NCBI GenBank assembly: GCA_945888435.1
Contig: CAMCZW010000008.1
Span: 2,235 to 66,234 of the forward strand
Direction: 5' to 3'
From: a bacterium UBP8_UBA817
GTDB taxonomy: Bacteria; Margulisbacteria; Marinamargulisbacteria; SXXA01; SICP01
Length of the DNA: 64,000 nucleotides
Positions 1-9,605 of the stretch are shown in pieces. The first letter of the stretch is position 1; every line of letters starts with the position of its first letter. A program made the translations under genes and the position numbers. The notes below the pieces were generated by a model that saw only the letters and a list, made by a program, of their open reading frames with translations, was not told the DNA's origin and made no database searches.

Positions 1-185
1 GGGGGTGGTGGATCGCTTACGCTTTATCTCTTAACGCGAATCCCGATAGGCGAAATGATTAAGAGCTAAATGAAATCTAGGAGAGGATGGCCGAAGCCAA
101 TACGATTGAAGACAGATTAGAACCTATTTTCGCCAAAAACGAAGGCTGGTGGGGGGGTCTTCTTCCTGGATTTATGTTCGGCTTG

Positions 186-3100
186 TTAAACCTCGCCACC
201 CACACCCTTAAACTTCTCAACGAAAGTGGCAATTCTTTGGAAAACACTTTGTTTTTTGCTTAAGTATTGCGGATTAAGCGGGCTTATTTTGGGAAGGATT
301 GCATTTAGCTCTGTGCCATTTTCACTGGCATATTCACGTTTTAATGATGCAGTTATATAACGCTTAGCGGCTTCTGTATTCAGATTTTCAGCACTAATTA
401 ATTCTTCTGCTTCACGTTGTTGTTCAGCTTGAGCAAAGGTAAAGAAAGCATCAATAATGCTGGCTTTGTCGAGAATGTTATCCAAGTTGGTTTGGTTAAT
501 AAAATCAACCAGCAAACTCTCTTTGGCGCGGTTGCCAAGGCTGGCACGAATCACCCGGCGTACATCTTCAACCAGTACTGATTTATCTTTAACCTTTTTA
601 TTGTTTTCAAAAATCAGTTCGAGAATGTAGTCCAGGTTGATCTCTTGTGACTTCAGCAAATCTACCTCAAAGACCACGTCATCCCAATCGATGGCGGATT
701 TTTCTTTTTCAGTGGCAGATTTTTCCCGACGCAGCCAATCGCGAATATCGTTGTAGGTTGAACGGTAGTCCTGAATCTGCCGCTCGGGGGGCATGGCGAT
801 CGCTTGCAGTGTGGCCAAGTCATCATCGTTTAAATAATGCTGCGCCTTAAATGCCTCAACCGCCTGCGGGTCGCTCATATCAACGCTTTGCAAGGCTTTC
901 AGGCTGGCGAATTCATCGTAGTTTTGCAGCACGTTCTCAACGCGCAAATATTCGCCGAACAGTTTCGCGAAGGCCTTTTTGTCCGATTCTTTTTCAATGG
1001 CAGAGGGATCAGGAAAGCGCTGCTCCAGCTCCCTCACAACCTCAACAAAGCCACGCCGTGCCTCACCGGTAAGCAAATCGGTAAAGCCTTCCATGTATTC
1101 CTTGTAGCTTTTTTCCAGCACCACGTTTTTGGTGTTCGTATCGCCAAACAGGGTAATGGCATCAATTGTGGCCTGCTCCAAATCGCGAAAGGTGACGATA
1201 TTGCCAAAGGTTTTGGTGGCATCGTAAATACGGTTGGTACGCGAATAGGCCTGCATCAAACCGTGATAGCGCAGGTTTTTATCCACAAACAAGGTGTTCA
1301 GCGTAGGCGCATCAAAGCCGGTCAGAAACATACCCACTACAATCAGCAAGTCGATTTCCTTGGCTTTTACTTGTTTAGCCAGATCGCGGTAATAGTTTTG
1401 AAAACCATTGCTATCCACACTGAAGTTGGTTTTAAACATCGCGTTATAGTCGGCGATGGCCGCGCTTAAAAACTCTTTGGCGCTGGTGTTCATGGCTGAG
1501 ACATCAAAGCTTTCATCCAGAATATCGCCAACGGCATCTTGTTCTTCATTGGCAGCAAATGAGAAGATGGTGGCCACTTTCAGTGGCTTGCCGCTGCCTT
1601 CTTGTAATTTTTTCAAAGACTCGTAATACAGCTTGGCGGCATCCACACTGCTCACGGCAAACATGGCATTAAAGCCTTTTGCACCAGCCTGCAGGCGATG
1701 GGTTTTTTGCCGGAAGTTATTCAAGATGTACTGCGAAATCTCCCGAATACGGTCTGGGTGAAGCAAAGCTTGTTTGTTTTCCGCCGCGTTGAGTTTTGTC
1801 TCATCCAACTCGGTTTCAAGCGCTTTGAACTGCGGGCGCACATCGTTGTAATCGACCTTGAACTTCAACACCTTTTCGTCACGGATAGCATCGGTGATGA
1901 CATACGAATGCAACTCGCGGCCAAACACGCTGGCAGTGGTTTCTGCACCGAGGGCGTTTTGCGGGAAGATAGGTGTGCCGGTAAAGCCAAACTGATAAAA
2001 CTTTTTAAACTTCTTCTTCAGGGTCTTCTGTGCCTCACCAAACTGGCTGCGGTGACACTCATCAAAAATAAACACCACTTGCTTGTTGTAGATGGGCAGG
2101 TCACATTCACCTTTCATCAGGTTGTTGAGCTTCTGGATGGTGGTGACGATGATTTTGTTGTCGTCCTTATCCAGATTGCGCTTAAGCCCGGCGGTGCTGT
2201 CAGAGCCATTCACACTATCGGGTGAAAAGCGCTGGTATTCCTTCATGGTTTGGTAATCCAGATCCTTACGATCCACCACGAAGAACACCTTGTCGATAAA
2301 ATCCAGCTCAGTCGCCAAACGTGCCGCTTTAAAACTGGTCAGGGTCTTGCCAGAACCTGTGGTGTGCCAGATAAAGCCACCGCCCTCAAGAGCGCTCCAG
2401 CTTTTGGCTTGATAGGCACTTTTGATCTTCCACAAAATGCGCTCGGTGGCGGCAATCTGGTAAGGTCGCATCACCAGCAGCGTGTCGCTCACATCAAACA
2501 CCGAATAATGCAGTAGCACATTGAGCAAGGTGTTTTTCTGGAAAAACGTGGCGGTAAAGTCCTTCAGGTCTTTGATCAGGCCGTTATCAGCCTTCGCCCA
2601 GTTCATGGTGAAGTCGAAGCTGTTTTTGTTGCGCGCCGTGGTGTTGGCAAAATAACGGCTATCGGTGCCATTGGTGATCACAAACAGCTGTAAATACCTG
2701 AATAAAGAATGCTCGCTATTAAAGCTCTCTTTGCTGTAGCGGTGCACCTGATTAAAAGCTTCGCGAATCGCCACACCGCGTTTCTTCAGCTCAACCTGCA
2801 CCAAGGGCAGGCCATTGACCAAAATCGTCACGTCGTAGCGATTGGCGTGGCTGCCGGTTTGCTCAAACTGCTTGATCACTTGCACCTTGTTGCGGGCAAT
2901 GTTCTTTTTGTCCAATAGGTAAATATTCTTAATGCGGCCATCGTCAAACACAAAATCGTAAATATAGTCATCATGGATTTTGCGGGTTTTATCGACGATG
3001 CTATCGCTGGGTTTATCCAGATAGGTTTCTACAAAACGCAGCCACTCGCCGTCAGCAAATTGCATATTGTTCAGGGCTTGCAGCTGCTCGCGCACATTGG

Positions 3101-3341
3101 CGATCAGTTTGTCGGGCGTGTTTAAATCGGGGACATAGCCATAGCCCTGATTCTGTAAATCCTGAATAAATTCCCGCTCCAAGTCATATTCGCTTTGGTA
3201 GCTTTCTCTAACCTTCCATTCCTTGGTGTATTTATCCAGCACGATGAAGCTATTTGATTCGGCGATGGGCGTGGTGTAGTTAATCATTCTTTTTGCCTTT
3301 TTTTGATAACTGCAATTGCCTGGCGTTTTGCGCGCTGACAA
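186..3341 (-). CDS. hsdR: Type I restriction enzyme R subunit (HsdR), SF2 helicase/endonuclease
   Basis: 1051-aa ORF with Walker A (GSGKTLT) and DEAH-like (FDECHRS) helicase motifs, length and architecture typical of HsdR. It is the last gene of the hsdM..hsdS..hsdR operon. The true start may be the internal Met at 3287 (MINYTT, preceded by AAGG), giving an 8-nt overlap with the upstream gene. Confidence 0.93.
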   Translation of the reverse strand: MSARKTPGNCSYQKKAKRMINYTTPIAESNSFIVLDKYTKEWKVRESYQSEYDLEREFIQDLQNQGYGYVPDLNTPDKLIANVREQLQALNNMQFADGEWLRFVETYLDKPSDSIVDKTRKIHDDYIYDFVFDDGRIKNIYLLDKKNIARNKVQVIKQFEQTGSHANRYDVTILVNGLPLVQVELKKRGVAIREAFNQVHRYSKESFNSEHSLFRYLQLFVITNGTDSRYFANTTARNKNSFDFTMNWAKADNGLIKDLKDFTATFFQKNTLLNVLLHYSVFDVSDTLLVMRPYQIAATERILWKIKSAYQAKSWSALEGGGFIWHTTGSGKTLTSFKAARLATELDFIDKVFFVVDRKDLDYQTMKEYQRFSPDSVNGSDSTAGLKRNLDKDDNKIIVTTIQKLNNLMKGECDLPIYNKQVVFIFDECHRSQFGEAQKTLKKKFKKFYQFGFTGTPIFPQNALGAETTASVFGRELHSYVITDAIRDEKVLKFKVDYNDVRPQFKALETELDETKLNAAENKQALLHPDRIREISQYILNNFRQKTHRLQAGAKGFNAMFAVSSVDAAKLYYESLKKLQEGSGKPLKVATIFSFAANEEQDAVGDILDESFDVSAMNTSAKEFLSAAIADYNAMFKTNFSVDSNGFQNYYRDLAKQVKAKEIDLLIVVGMFLTGFDAPTLNTLFVDKNLRYHGLMQAYSRTNRIYDATKTFGNIVTFRDLEQATIDAITLFGDTNTKNVVLEKSYKEYMEGFTDLLTGEARRGFVEVVRELEQRFPDPSAIEKESDKKAFAKLFGEYLRVENVLQNYDEFASLKALQSVDMSDPQAVEAFKAQHYLNDDDLATLQAIAMPPERQIQDYRSTYNDIRDWLRREKSATEKEKSAIDWDDVVFEVDLLKSQEINLDYILELIFENNKKVKDKSVLVEDVRRVIRASLGNRAKESLLVDFINQTNLDNILDKASIIDAFFTFAQAEQQREAEELISAENLNTEAAKRYITASLKREYASENGTELNAILPKISPLNPQYLSKKQSVFQRIATFVEKFKGVGGEV

Positions 3342-4134
3342 CCTGTTTACCCGTTTCTGCTTCTAATTTCAGCTTGGCTTCTTTCGCAACACCGCCCCCA
3401 CGCTTTGCGACATCCTCGTGTTCCGCAAACGACTGCGGGTTCACGACTTCTGAAATCTCTTTGGTGGACAACTCTGCCAGCATATTCATGATCAATTCTT
3501 TATTGGTCATGTTGTCACGCAGGTTTTCTTTTTTAAGCCCTTTATATTGCTTGTATTCCTTAGCGGTTTTCCCTGCCCATGTTTTGTAAATCACATCAGT
3601 CAAAAAGGCGAATTCACCACCTTCTTGCAAGCCGTGTTTTTTCCATTCATCGGTTAATTCTTTGCGGATCTCTATGCTTTTTAGCCGTTGGTTAATCCAG
3701 TTATCCGAATAACCCAGCCGCTTATAATCCAGCATGGCTTGTTCGATGGATAACTCAGGGTCTTGCAGCTGATTCAGTCGTTGATTTGCCACCTCAGCCA
3801 GCCACAGCTTGAAGGGTTCGGCTTTTTTAGATGGAATGGATTGGATGATTCTGAAAACCTGCTGGGTATCCAACACATCGGTGAGGCGTTGCTTTCCGTC
3901 AGGGGCTTCGAGCTTCAACTGGTTAGTGACACTAACCACTTCACTACCTTCTTGTTTAAGCTTGTTTTTTAGCCATTTCCAGTAGTTTCTGGCCTTGGCA
4001 TATTCCGTCTGGTCGGTGAGTGCCGCCACCACGTCCAAGGCAGAAAACCACCATTTTTCCTCAGCCTCATCCCAAGCTGTCCGAACATGGATGGATTCAA
4101 ACAGCTGTAGTTTGACTTTATGATCATTTTGCAT
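3280..4134 (-). CDS. Bro-N domain / DNA-damage-inducible protein D (DinD)-like protein
   Basis: 284-aa ORF between hsdS and hsdR. The mid-region ...[30 protein letters not shown]... resembles the E. coli DinD segment ...RKGLKKNQKILDHMGSTELAANLF..., recalled from memory. It overlaps hsdS by 11 nt and hsdR. Confidence 0.5.
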   Translation of the reverse strand: MQNDHKVKLQLFESIHVRTAWDEAEEKWWFSALDVVAALTDQTEYAKARNYWKWLKNKLKQEGSEVVSVTNQLKLEAPDGKQRLTDVLDTQQVFRIIQSIPSKKAEPFKLWLAEVANQRLNQLQDPELSIEQAMLDYKRLGYSDNWINQRLKSIEIRKELTDEWKKHGLQEGGEFAFLTDVIYKTWAGKTAKEYKQYKGLKKENLRDNMTNKELIMNMLAELSTKEISEVVNPQSFAEHEDVAKRGGGVAKEAKLKLEAETGKQVVSAQNARQLQLSKKGKKND

Positions 4135-5380
4135 CGGCAGCCCCCTTGAAACTCAGCAGCAAATCGCGGTAATACTCGTATTGCTTTTGCCGCAAGGCAA
4201 TTTCACGAGGCAAGCCTTCGGTGATGGAGTTGGTGAGGGCATCGAATTTATCGAGAACTGACGCGATACGCTCCTGTTCAGAAAGATCAGGAATAGGTAT
4301 TGGCAAAGTCTTAATAATATCTGCATTCAAATTGCTAACCGAACCACTGTTAATTTTCCCTGCCCAGTAGTTCTGCACATTATTCGACGAAAGATAGTGA
4401 TAGAGGTAGTCTGAATTTAGCTTTTTCCGGTAGCCACTGATCGAGGCCCATCCGTCATGAATAGCTCCACTTATACCAAGGATGTAGGGTCGCCCAAAAC
4501 TCATTGAGTTGGACAAAATAAAATCACCTGCATTCAAAATACGTGACTTTCTTGAGCCTTCTAATGTGACCTTTTGAGCTGTGCTATTTACATATTTTGA
4601 GCCTGGCGAAGTATCACCAATTTTAATCCAAGGCACGCCATCCTCATCATCAGTTATGTATTTTGCGATTGGTCTAGGCGATGCTCCGCGTTGCACGTTA
4701 GCAACCTCCCCCAGCGTCTTCCACTCCACTTCCCCTTCTTCAAAACTCAACAACTGATCGCGATAGTAGTTGTATTGTTTTTTGCGGGCGGTCAGCTCGG
4801 CGGTCAGCTCGGCGGTCAGCTCGGCGGTCAGCTCGGTGAAGGCGTCCAGAATGCGGACGATTTCGGCTTGGATTTCAAGCGATTTTTTGGGGTTTTCTGG
4901 GCAGGGGATGGGGATTTGGAGTTTTTTCACAACCCCTGCATTTATATTTGTCTGAGAGCCAGCCCCGAGTGATTTGATATGTTCATATTGGCTAGACAAG
5001 AAATGGAACACATAACGGTAGTTTGCAACATTCTCATTAAGTTGAATATTTGCACACGCCTGATTTGTAGTCATTGGAATTTTGTTAATCCCAATTTTTC
5101 CAACAGTCGCCCCATACATCGCAACAATCACACAGTTTTCAGGTATCCAATTTGCGCTGGAATTTTTCAAGCCAGCTTCTGTGATTTTTACGCCTGTATC
5201 CCAAATTTCTCCAAAATCAACTTCTTGAGTCCGTAACCAAGGAATGTCGCCACCATAATATTCAGGCACACCAGTTCTCGGAGTGCCGCCAGACGAAATT
5301 TTTTTAGCAACCTCTCCCAACGCCTTCCACTCCACCTCAGCGCCATCCAGCAGCTTGTCCATAAAGTTCACGCTGCTCAT
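4124..5380 (-). CDS. hsdS: Type I restriction-modification specificity subunit (HsdS), two target-recognition domains
   Basis: 418 aa. It has a central conserved spacer with (LTAE)x4 and a C-terminal conserved ...ALRQKQYEYYRDLLLSF, both typical HsdS conserved repeats. It sits between hsdM and hsdR. Confidence 0.9.
   Translation of the reverse strand: MSSVNFMDKLLDGAEVEWKALGEVAKKISSGGTPRTGVPEYYGGDIPWLRTQEVDFGEIWDTGVKITEAGLKNSSANWIPENCVIVAMYGATVGKIGINKIPMTTNQACANIQLNENVANYRYVFHFLSSQYEHIKSLGAGSQTNINAGVVKKLQIPIPCPENPKKSLEIQAEIVRILDAFTELTAELTAELTAELTARKKQYNYYRDQLLSFEEGEVEWKTLGEVANVQRGASPRPIAKYITDDEDGVPWIKIGDTSPGSKYVNSTAQKVTLEGSRKSRILNAGDFILSNSMSFGRPYILGISGAIHDGWASISGYRKKLNSDYLYHYLSSNNVQNYWAGKINSGSVSNLNADIIKTLPIPIPDLSEQERIASVLDKFDALTNSITEGLPREIALRQKQYEYYRDLLLSFKGAADAK
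4778..4826 (-). repeat. 12-bp tandem repeat (gcggtcagctcg) x4 inside hsdS, encoding (LTAE)4 in the central conserved region
   Basis: Four perfect direct 12-bp copies are seen directly in the sequence. They are in-frame and lie in the TRD1-TRD2 spacer. Plus-strand GGQL-repeat ORFs are shadows of this repeat. Confidence 0.9.
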
Positions 5381-6417
5381 GCCTCATCCCCTTCCAGCTC
5401 ACGCTCAATCTGCTCAATGCTGGGCAGGTTAGTCTGCAGCGGCTCGGGTAAGGATTCCAGCAGTTTGTATTCGGCAATGCCCATGGGTTGGGTTTTATCG
5501 CCCAAGGCGTATTCCGCCACCACTTTGTTTTTACTCTTGCACAAGAGCAGGCCGATTGTGGGGTTGTCGTCCTCGTTCTTCACTTGCCGGTCTACGGCGG
5601 TGAGGTAAAAGCCCAGTTGCCCCAAATGCTCAGGCTTGAACTTGCCGCCCTTGAGTTCAATCACCACATAGCAGCGCAATTTCAGGTGATAAAACAGCAG
5701 ATCGATAAAAAACTCATCGCCCCCGACTTCTAGCAGCACCTGCCGCCCGACGAATGCAAAGCCCGCTCCCAACTCCAGCAGGAATTCAGTGACATGTTTG
5801 ACCAGTGCATGTTCAACCTCGAGCTCCTGCGCTTCGTCGGTTAAGCCAAGAAAGTCGAAACGGTAAGGGTCTTTTAGTGATTCACGCGCCAGATCGGACT
5901 GGGGTTTAGGCAAGCTGATATCAAAGTTGGTGACGGCTGAGCCGCTGCGCTCCAGTAAGCGGGTTTCGATTTGCATAACCAGCACATTACGCGACCAGTT
6001 GTGCTCAATGGCCTTTGCAGCGTACCAGCGGCGCGCTTCAGGGCTGGATAACTTGTCCAGTAGTGCTAATTGGTGATACCACGGCAATTGTGCAAGCACC
6101 GCTTGCACAAATTCGGCATCGGGCCAAGCCCCCGCAAAAGCGCGCATGTACTTGAGGTTGCGCGGCGAAAATCCTTTCATGTCGGGGAATGTGGTGCGTA
6201 GATCGTGCGCCAAGCGTTCAATGACTTTGGCGCCCCAGCCTTGGTCTGCTTGGCGAGCCAAAATGGCATGGCCAATTTGCCAGTAAAGCGCAATGAGTTC
6301 ATGGTTTACCGCCAGTGTTGCCCGTTGCTGGGCATGGTGAACTTTTATCTTCAACTCGACTAACCAATCGGTATAGCCTTCTGGCGCTTGTATCAGTGAA
6401 ATGGGCTTATCGCTCAC
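5377..6417 (-). CDS. DUF1016 (YhcG-like) PD-(D/E)xK nuclease-family protein
   Basis: 346 aa. C-terminal ...FFIDLLFYHLKLRCYVVIELK... fits a D..(D/E)xK nuclease core. This family commonly sits in Type I RM loci. It overlaps hsdS by 4 nt. Confidence 0.6.
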   Translation of the reverse strand: MSDKPISLIQAPEGYTDWLVELKIKVHHAQQRATLAVNHELIALYWQIGHAILARQADQGWGAKVIERLAHDLRTTFPDMKGFSPRNLKYMRAFAGAWPDAEFVQAVLAQLPWYHQLALLDKLSSPEARRWYAAKAIEHNWSRNVLVMQIETRLLERSGSAVTNFDISLPKPQSDLARESLKDPYRFDFLGLTDEAQELEVEHALVKHVTEFLLELGAGFAFVGRQVLLEVGGDEFFIDLLFYHLKLRCYVVIELKGGKFKPEHLGQLGFYLTAVDRQVKNEDDNPTIGLLLCKSKNKVVAEYALGDKTQPMGIAEYKLLESLPEPLQTNLPSIEQIERELEGDEA

Positions 6418-7023
6418 CTACAGCTCCTCAGTCTTAAATTCGCTATAACCTTCGTAGTAATAGCTCACATCAATCCCCTTCATAAACAGCGCGCGGTCAT
6501 CAATCTGGTCGGTGAGGGCTTGTTTGATCAGGGCGTTTATTTCTAGGTCTTTGACCACGCTGCGTTGCATGGCGGAGAGGTAGTCGTCTTTATCCACGGC
6601 ATTCCAGTCGACTACCTGCTGGATTTCTTTTTTAAGCATCAGATCGAGCCAAATCCGTGTGGCGCGGCCATTGCCTTCGCGGAAGGGGTGGGCGATATTC
6701 ATCTCGACATATTTTTCGATGATTTGGTCAACATTGCTTTGCGGCATGGCGTCTATATGTTTTATCGAGGCTTCAAGGTACATGACCCGCGCAAAAGCGA
6801 TTGTGCCTTTGGCGATATTCACGTCGCGGATTTTTCCCGCAAAGGCGTAAATTTCTTCAAACAAATAGGCGTGGATAAAGACAAGTCCGGCAAATTTACC
6901 CACCTCAGCCTTGTTAATATTGCCAGAATCAAAAAGTTGTTTGGCTTTTTGTTTGCTGATTTTTTCTTCGGCGCGGGCCAGTTCGATTTGATCGGTGATG
7001 TTGAGCTTGTTTGCCAGAATCAT
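6418..7023 (-). CDS. fic: Fic/Doc family protein (AMPylation-type toxin/effector fold)
   Basis: Canonical Fic motif HPFREGNGRATR is present, in a 201-aa protein. Confidence 0.85.
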   Translation of the reverse strand: MILANKLNITDQIELARAEEKISKQKAKQLFDSGNINKAEVGKFAGLVFIHAYLFEEIYAFAGKIRDVNIAKGTIAFARVMYLEASIKHIDAMPQSNVDQIIEKYVEMNIAHPFREGNGRATRIWLDLMLKKEIQQVVDWNAVDKDDYLSAMQRSVVKDLEINALIKQALTDQIDDRALFMKGIDVSYYYEGYSEFKTEEL

Positions 7024-8057
7024 GCTAATTCTCTTTTTTTATCAAGTGTTTTTATCGCTTTATCAAAATCAGATTCATAAAGCCTATCCTGCACAATGCG
7101 GTATTTTTCAAACTCACTTTCGGCATGGGCTTTGGCGATTTCAGCACTCACTTTACCTGCGTCTTGCAAAACCTCCCGATCCGTTGCCGCTATAAAACGA
7201 TTTAAACGATCCTCCCAGTCGGCCATGGTCATGGGTATCTTTCTTAACGCCATGTCTTCTGCCAAATCGAGATAAGCACTCACTAGTCTTTGCAGTTGGG
7301 CAAGCTCAGGGTCGGTTAGGTAATTTTTCGCAATACTGACGTCAAATTTTTGAATCTTACCCTGGGGTGCATCTTTCCATGAGGTTAAGCCCATATTGGT
7401 TTTTTCGGCATCGCAGCGGTTGTGAACCACTTCGGCGGCGGTTTGTCCGTGAATCGCCCAGTGCAATTTATTTTGTACGATCGCAAAGAATCTTTTGGTT
7501 GCAGTGGCTGTTACATCATAGTCAATCGCAGTGGCATAGATGTCGGTAATCTTTTGATAAAACTTACGCTCGCTGAGCCGAATTTCGCGAATACGCGTAA
7601 GTTGTTCTTCAAAATATTTTTTGCCGAGGATACTGCCATCATTTTTAATGCGCTCATCGTCCATAACATAGGCTTTGATGGTGAATTCTTTAATGACGAT
7701 GGTTGCCCATTTACGAAACTGTACTGCACGCTCAGAGTTGACTTTGTAGCCAATTGCGATGATGGCCGAGAGGCTATAGTGCTGGGTGTTATAGTTTTTG
7801 CCGTCTTGGGCAGTTATTCGAAAATTTCGAATAACTGATTCTTTTTCCAGTTCACTATCTGAGAATATTTTTTTTAAATGGTAGTTAACGGTGTGGGTTT
7901 CGACATCGTACAAAACGCCCATCATTTTTTGGCTAAGCCATACATCTTCATCCGCATAGACAGCTTCGACACCGCTCTCGCCGCTGGCTGCGATAAAAGT
8001 TAAATACTCTGCTGCGGACGAGCGAATAGTGGGTACTGTTAGCTTCTTTTTGCTCAT
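7020..8057 (-). CDS. rhuM: RhuM family virulence/defence-island protein
   Basis: 345-aa protein with an N-terminal region typical of RhuM (..[14 protein letters not shown].. ..FRKWATIV..). It overlaps fic and hsdM by 4 nt each. Confidence 0.7.
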   Translation of the reverse strand: MSKKKLTVPTIRSSAAEYLTFIAASGESGVEAVYADEDVWLSQKMMGVLYDVETHTVNYHLKKIFSDSELEKESVIRNFRITAQDGKNYNTQHYSLSAIIAIGYKVNSERAVQFRKWATIVIKEFTIKAYVMDDERIKNDGSILGKKYFEEQLTRIREIRLSERKFYQKITDIYATAIDYDVTATATKRFFAIVQNKLHWAIHGQTAAEVVHNRCDAEKTNMGLTSWKDAPQGKIQKFDVSIAKNYLTDPELAQLQRLVSAYLDLAEDMALRKIPMTMADWEDRLNRFIAATDREVLQDAGKVSAEIAKAHAESEFEKYRIVQDRLYESDFDKAIKTLDKKRELA

Positions 8058-9604
8058 GATGTGCCCCCTTCAATTTGAGCCACGATGGCGTCGATATCTT
8101 TACGAAGCTGGTCGATCTTAGCAACGGTGGTTTTCAGCGCGGCATTGAGCTGGGTAATAGCCACCACCTCGCGATTGTCCTTGGCTTCGACGTAGCTGCT
8201 GACCGATAGGTTGTAATCGTTAGCAGCGATGGCTTCAAGGCTGACCGATTTGGCAAAGTGCTCAACATCCGCTTTGCTATCGAAGGCCTGCATGATCTGC
8301 TCGATGTGCGTATCGGTAAGCGTGTTGTTATTGGTTTCTTTTTTAAACAGACCACTGGCATCAATAAACTGGGTTTTAGTATCTGTTTTGTGTTTGGATA
8401 GCACGAGAATCGTGACGGCAATGGTGGTGCCAAAAAATAGGTTTGGAGCGAGCGCAATCACGGTTTCGATATAGTCGTTATCAATTAAATACTGGCGTAT
8501 TTTTTGTTCGGCTCCGCCACGGTAAAAAATACCGGGGAAGCAAACAATGGCGGCGCGGCCTTTGCTGGAAAGGTAACTGAGCGCATGCAGCACAAAGGCA
8601 AAGTCAGCTTTGGATTTTGGTGCTAATACACCCGCAGGGGCAAAGCGGTCATCGTTAATCAGGGTGGGGTCGTCTGCGCCTATCCATTTTACCGAGTAAG
8701 GCGGGTTGGAGACGATGGCATCAAAGGGCTTGTCATCACCAAAATGCGGATGTCGCAGCGTATCACCCAGCTGGATATTGAACTTGTCGTAGTTGATGTT
8801 GTGCAAGAACATGTTCATCCGCGCCAGGTTGTAGGTGGTGTGGTTGAGCTCCTGACCAAAAAAACCGTCTTCAATAATGTGGGCGTCAAAGTGTTTTTTG
8901 GCTTGCAGCAGCAGGGAGCCGGAGCCGCAGGCAGGGTCATAAATCTTGTTGACGCTGGTTTGCTTGTGCATGGCGAGCTGCGCAATTAGCTTGGACACGT
9001 GTTGCGGGGTGAAAAACTCGCCACCGGATTTACCGGCATTGGCGGCGTAGTTGGAGATGAGGAACTCATAGGCATCGCCAAACAGGTCGATGTGGCTGCC
9101 CTCAAAGTCACCAAAATCCAGCCCGGCCACGCCTTTGAGCACGGCGGCCAAGCGGGTGTTTTTGTCGCCAACGGTATTGCCGAGCCGATTGCTGGTGGTA
9201 TCAAAATCGGCAAACAGGCCTTTAATGTCACCTTCTGATGGGTAGCCGTTGGCTGAGCTTTCGATGGCCGCAAAGATGGCGGCGAGGTCGGTACTCAAGC
9301 TTTGGTTGGTGTTGGCGCCTGCGGCAATGTTGGCAAATAACTGGCTCGGGTAGATGAAATAGCCCTTGGTTTTAATGGCATCGTCTTTGATTTCCGGGGT
9401 GATGACCTTATCGCCGAGTTGCGCATAGTTGATGCTGTCATCACCGCCTTCAATATAGCTGGCAAAGTTTTCGCTGATAAAGCGATAGAACAAGGTGCTG
9501 AGTACGTATTGCTTGAAATCCCAGCCATCCACTGAACCGCGGACGTCGTTGGCGATTCGCCAGATTGCAGCGTGAAGTGCTGATCGTTCTTGTTCTTTAT
9601 TCAT
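8054..9604 (-). CDS. hsdM: Type I restriction-modification N6-adenine DNA methyltransferase (HsdM)
   Basis: 516 aa. It has the NPPYS catalytic motif (..[11 protein letters not shown]..), a SAM-binding region (DPACGSGS) and an HsdM N-terminal domain. Confidence 0.95.
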   Translation of the reverse strand: MNKEQERSALHAAIWRIANDVRGSVDGWDFKQYVLSTLFYRFISENFASYIEGGDDSINYAQLGDKVITPEIKDDAIKTKGYFIYPSQLFANIAAGANTNQSLSTDLAAIFAAIESSANGYPSEGDIKGLFADFDTTSNRLGNTVGDKNTRLAAVLKGVAGLDFGDFEGSHIDLFGDAYEFLISNYAANAGKSGGEFFTPQHVSKLIAQLAMHKQTSVNKIYDPACGSGSLLLQAKKHFDAHIIEDGFFGQELNHTTYNLARMNMFLHNINYDKFNIQLGDTLRHPHFGDDKPFDAIVSNPPYSVKWIGADDPTLINDDRFAPAGVLAPKSKADFAFVLHALSYLSSKGRAAIVCFPGIFYRGGAEQKIRQYLIDNDYIETVIALAPNLFFGTTIAVTILVLSKHKTDTKTQFIDASGLFKKETNNNTLTDTHIEQIMQAFDSKADVEHFAKSVSLEAIAANDYNLSVSSYVEAKDNREVVAITQLNAALKTTVAKIDQLRKDIDAIVAQIEGGTS

Positions 9605-9605
9605 A

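Noticed and set aside
147-154. E. coli Chi octamer GCTGGTGG in the GC-richer island, plus G-runs at 1-11 and 150-160
   Set aside because: A single octamer occurrence is expected by chance and has no demonstrable function here. It is noted only as weak support for a proteobacterial-like origin of the island.
4778-4826. Possible CRISPR-like array
   Set aside because: It has only four contiguous 12-bp units and no spacers, and it sits in-frame within a coding sequence. It is an intragenic coding tandem repeat, not CRISPR.
4691-4972. Plus-strand ORFs inside hsdS with GGQLGGQLGGQL repeats
   Set aside because: They are the antisense reading of the 12-bp tandem repeat in hsdS, hence shadow ORFs.
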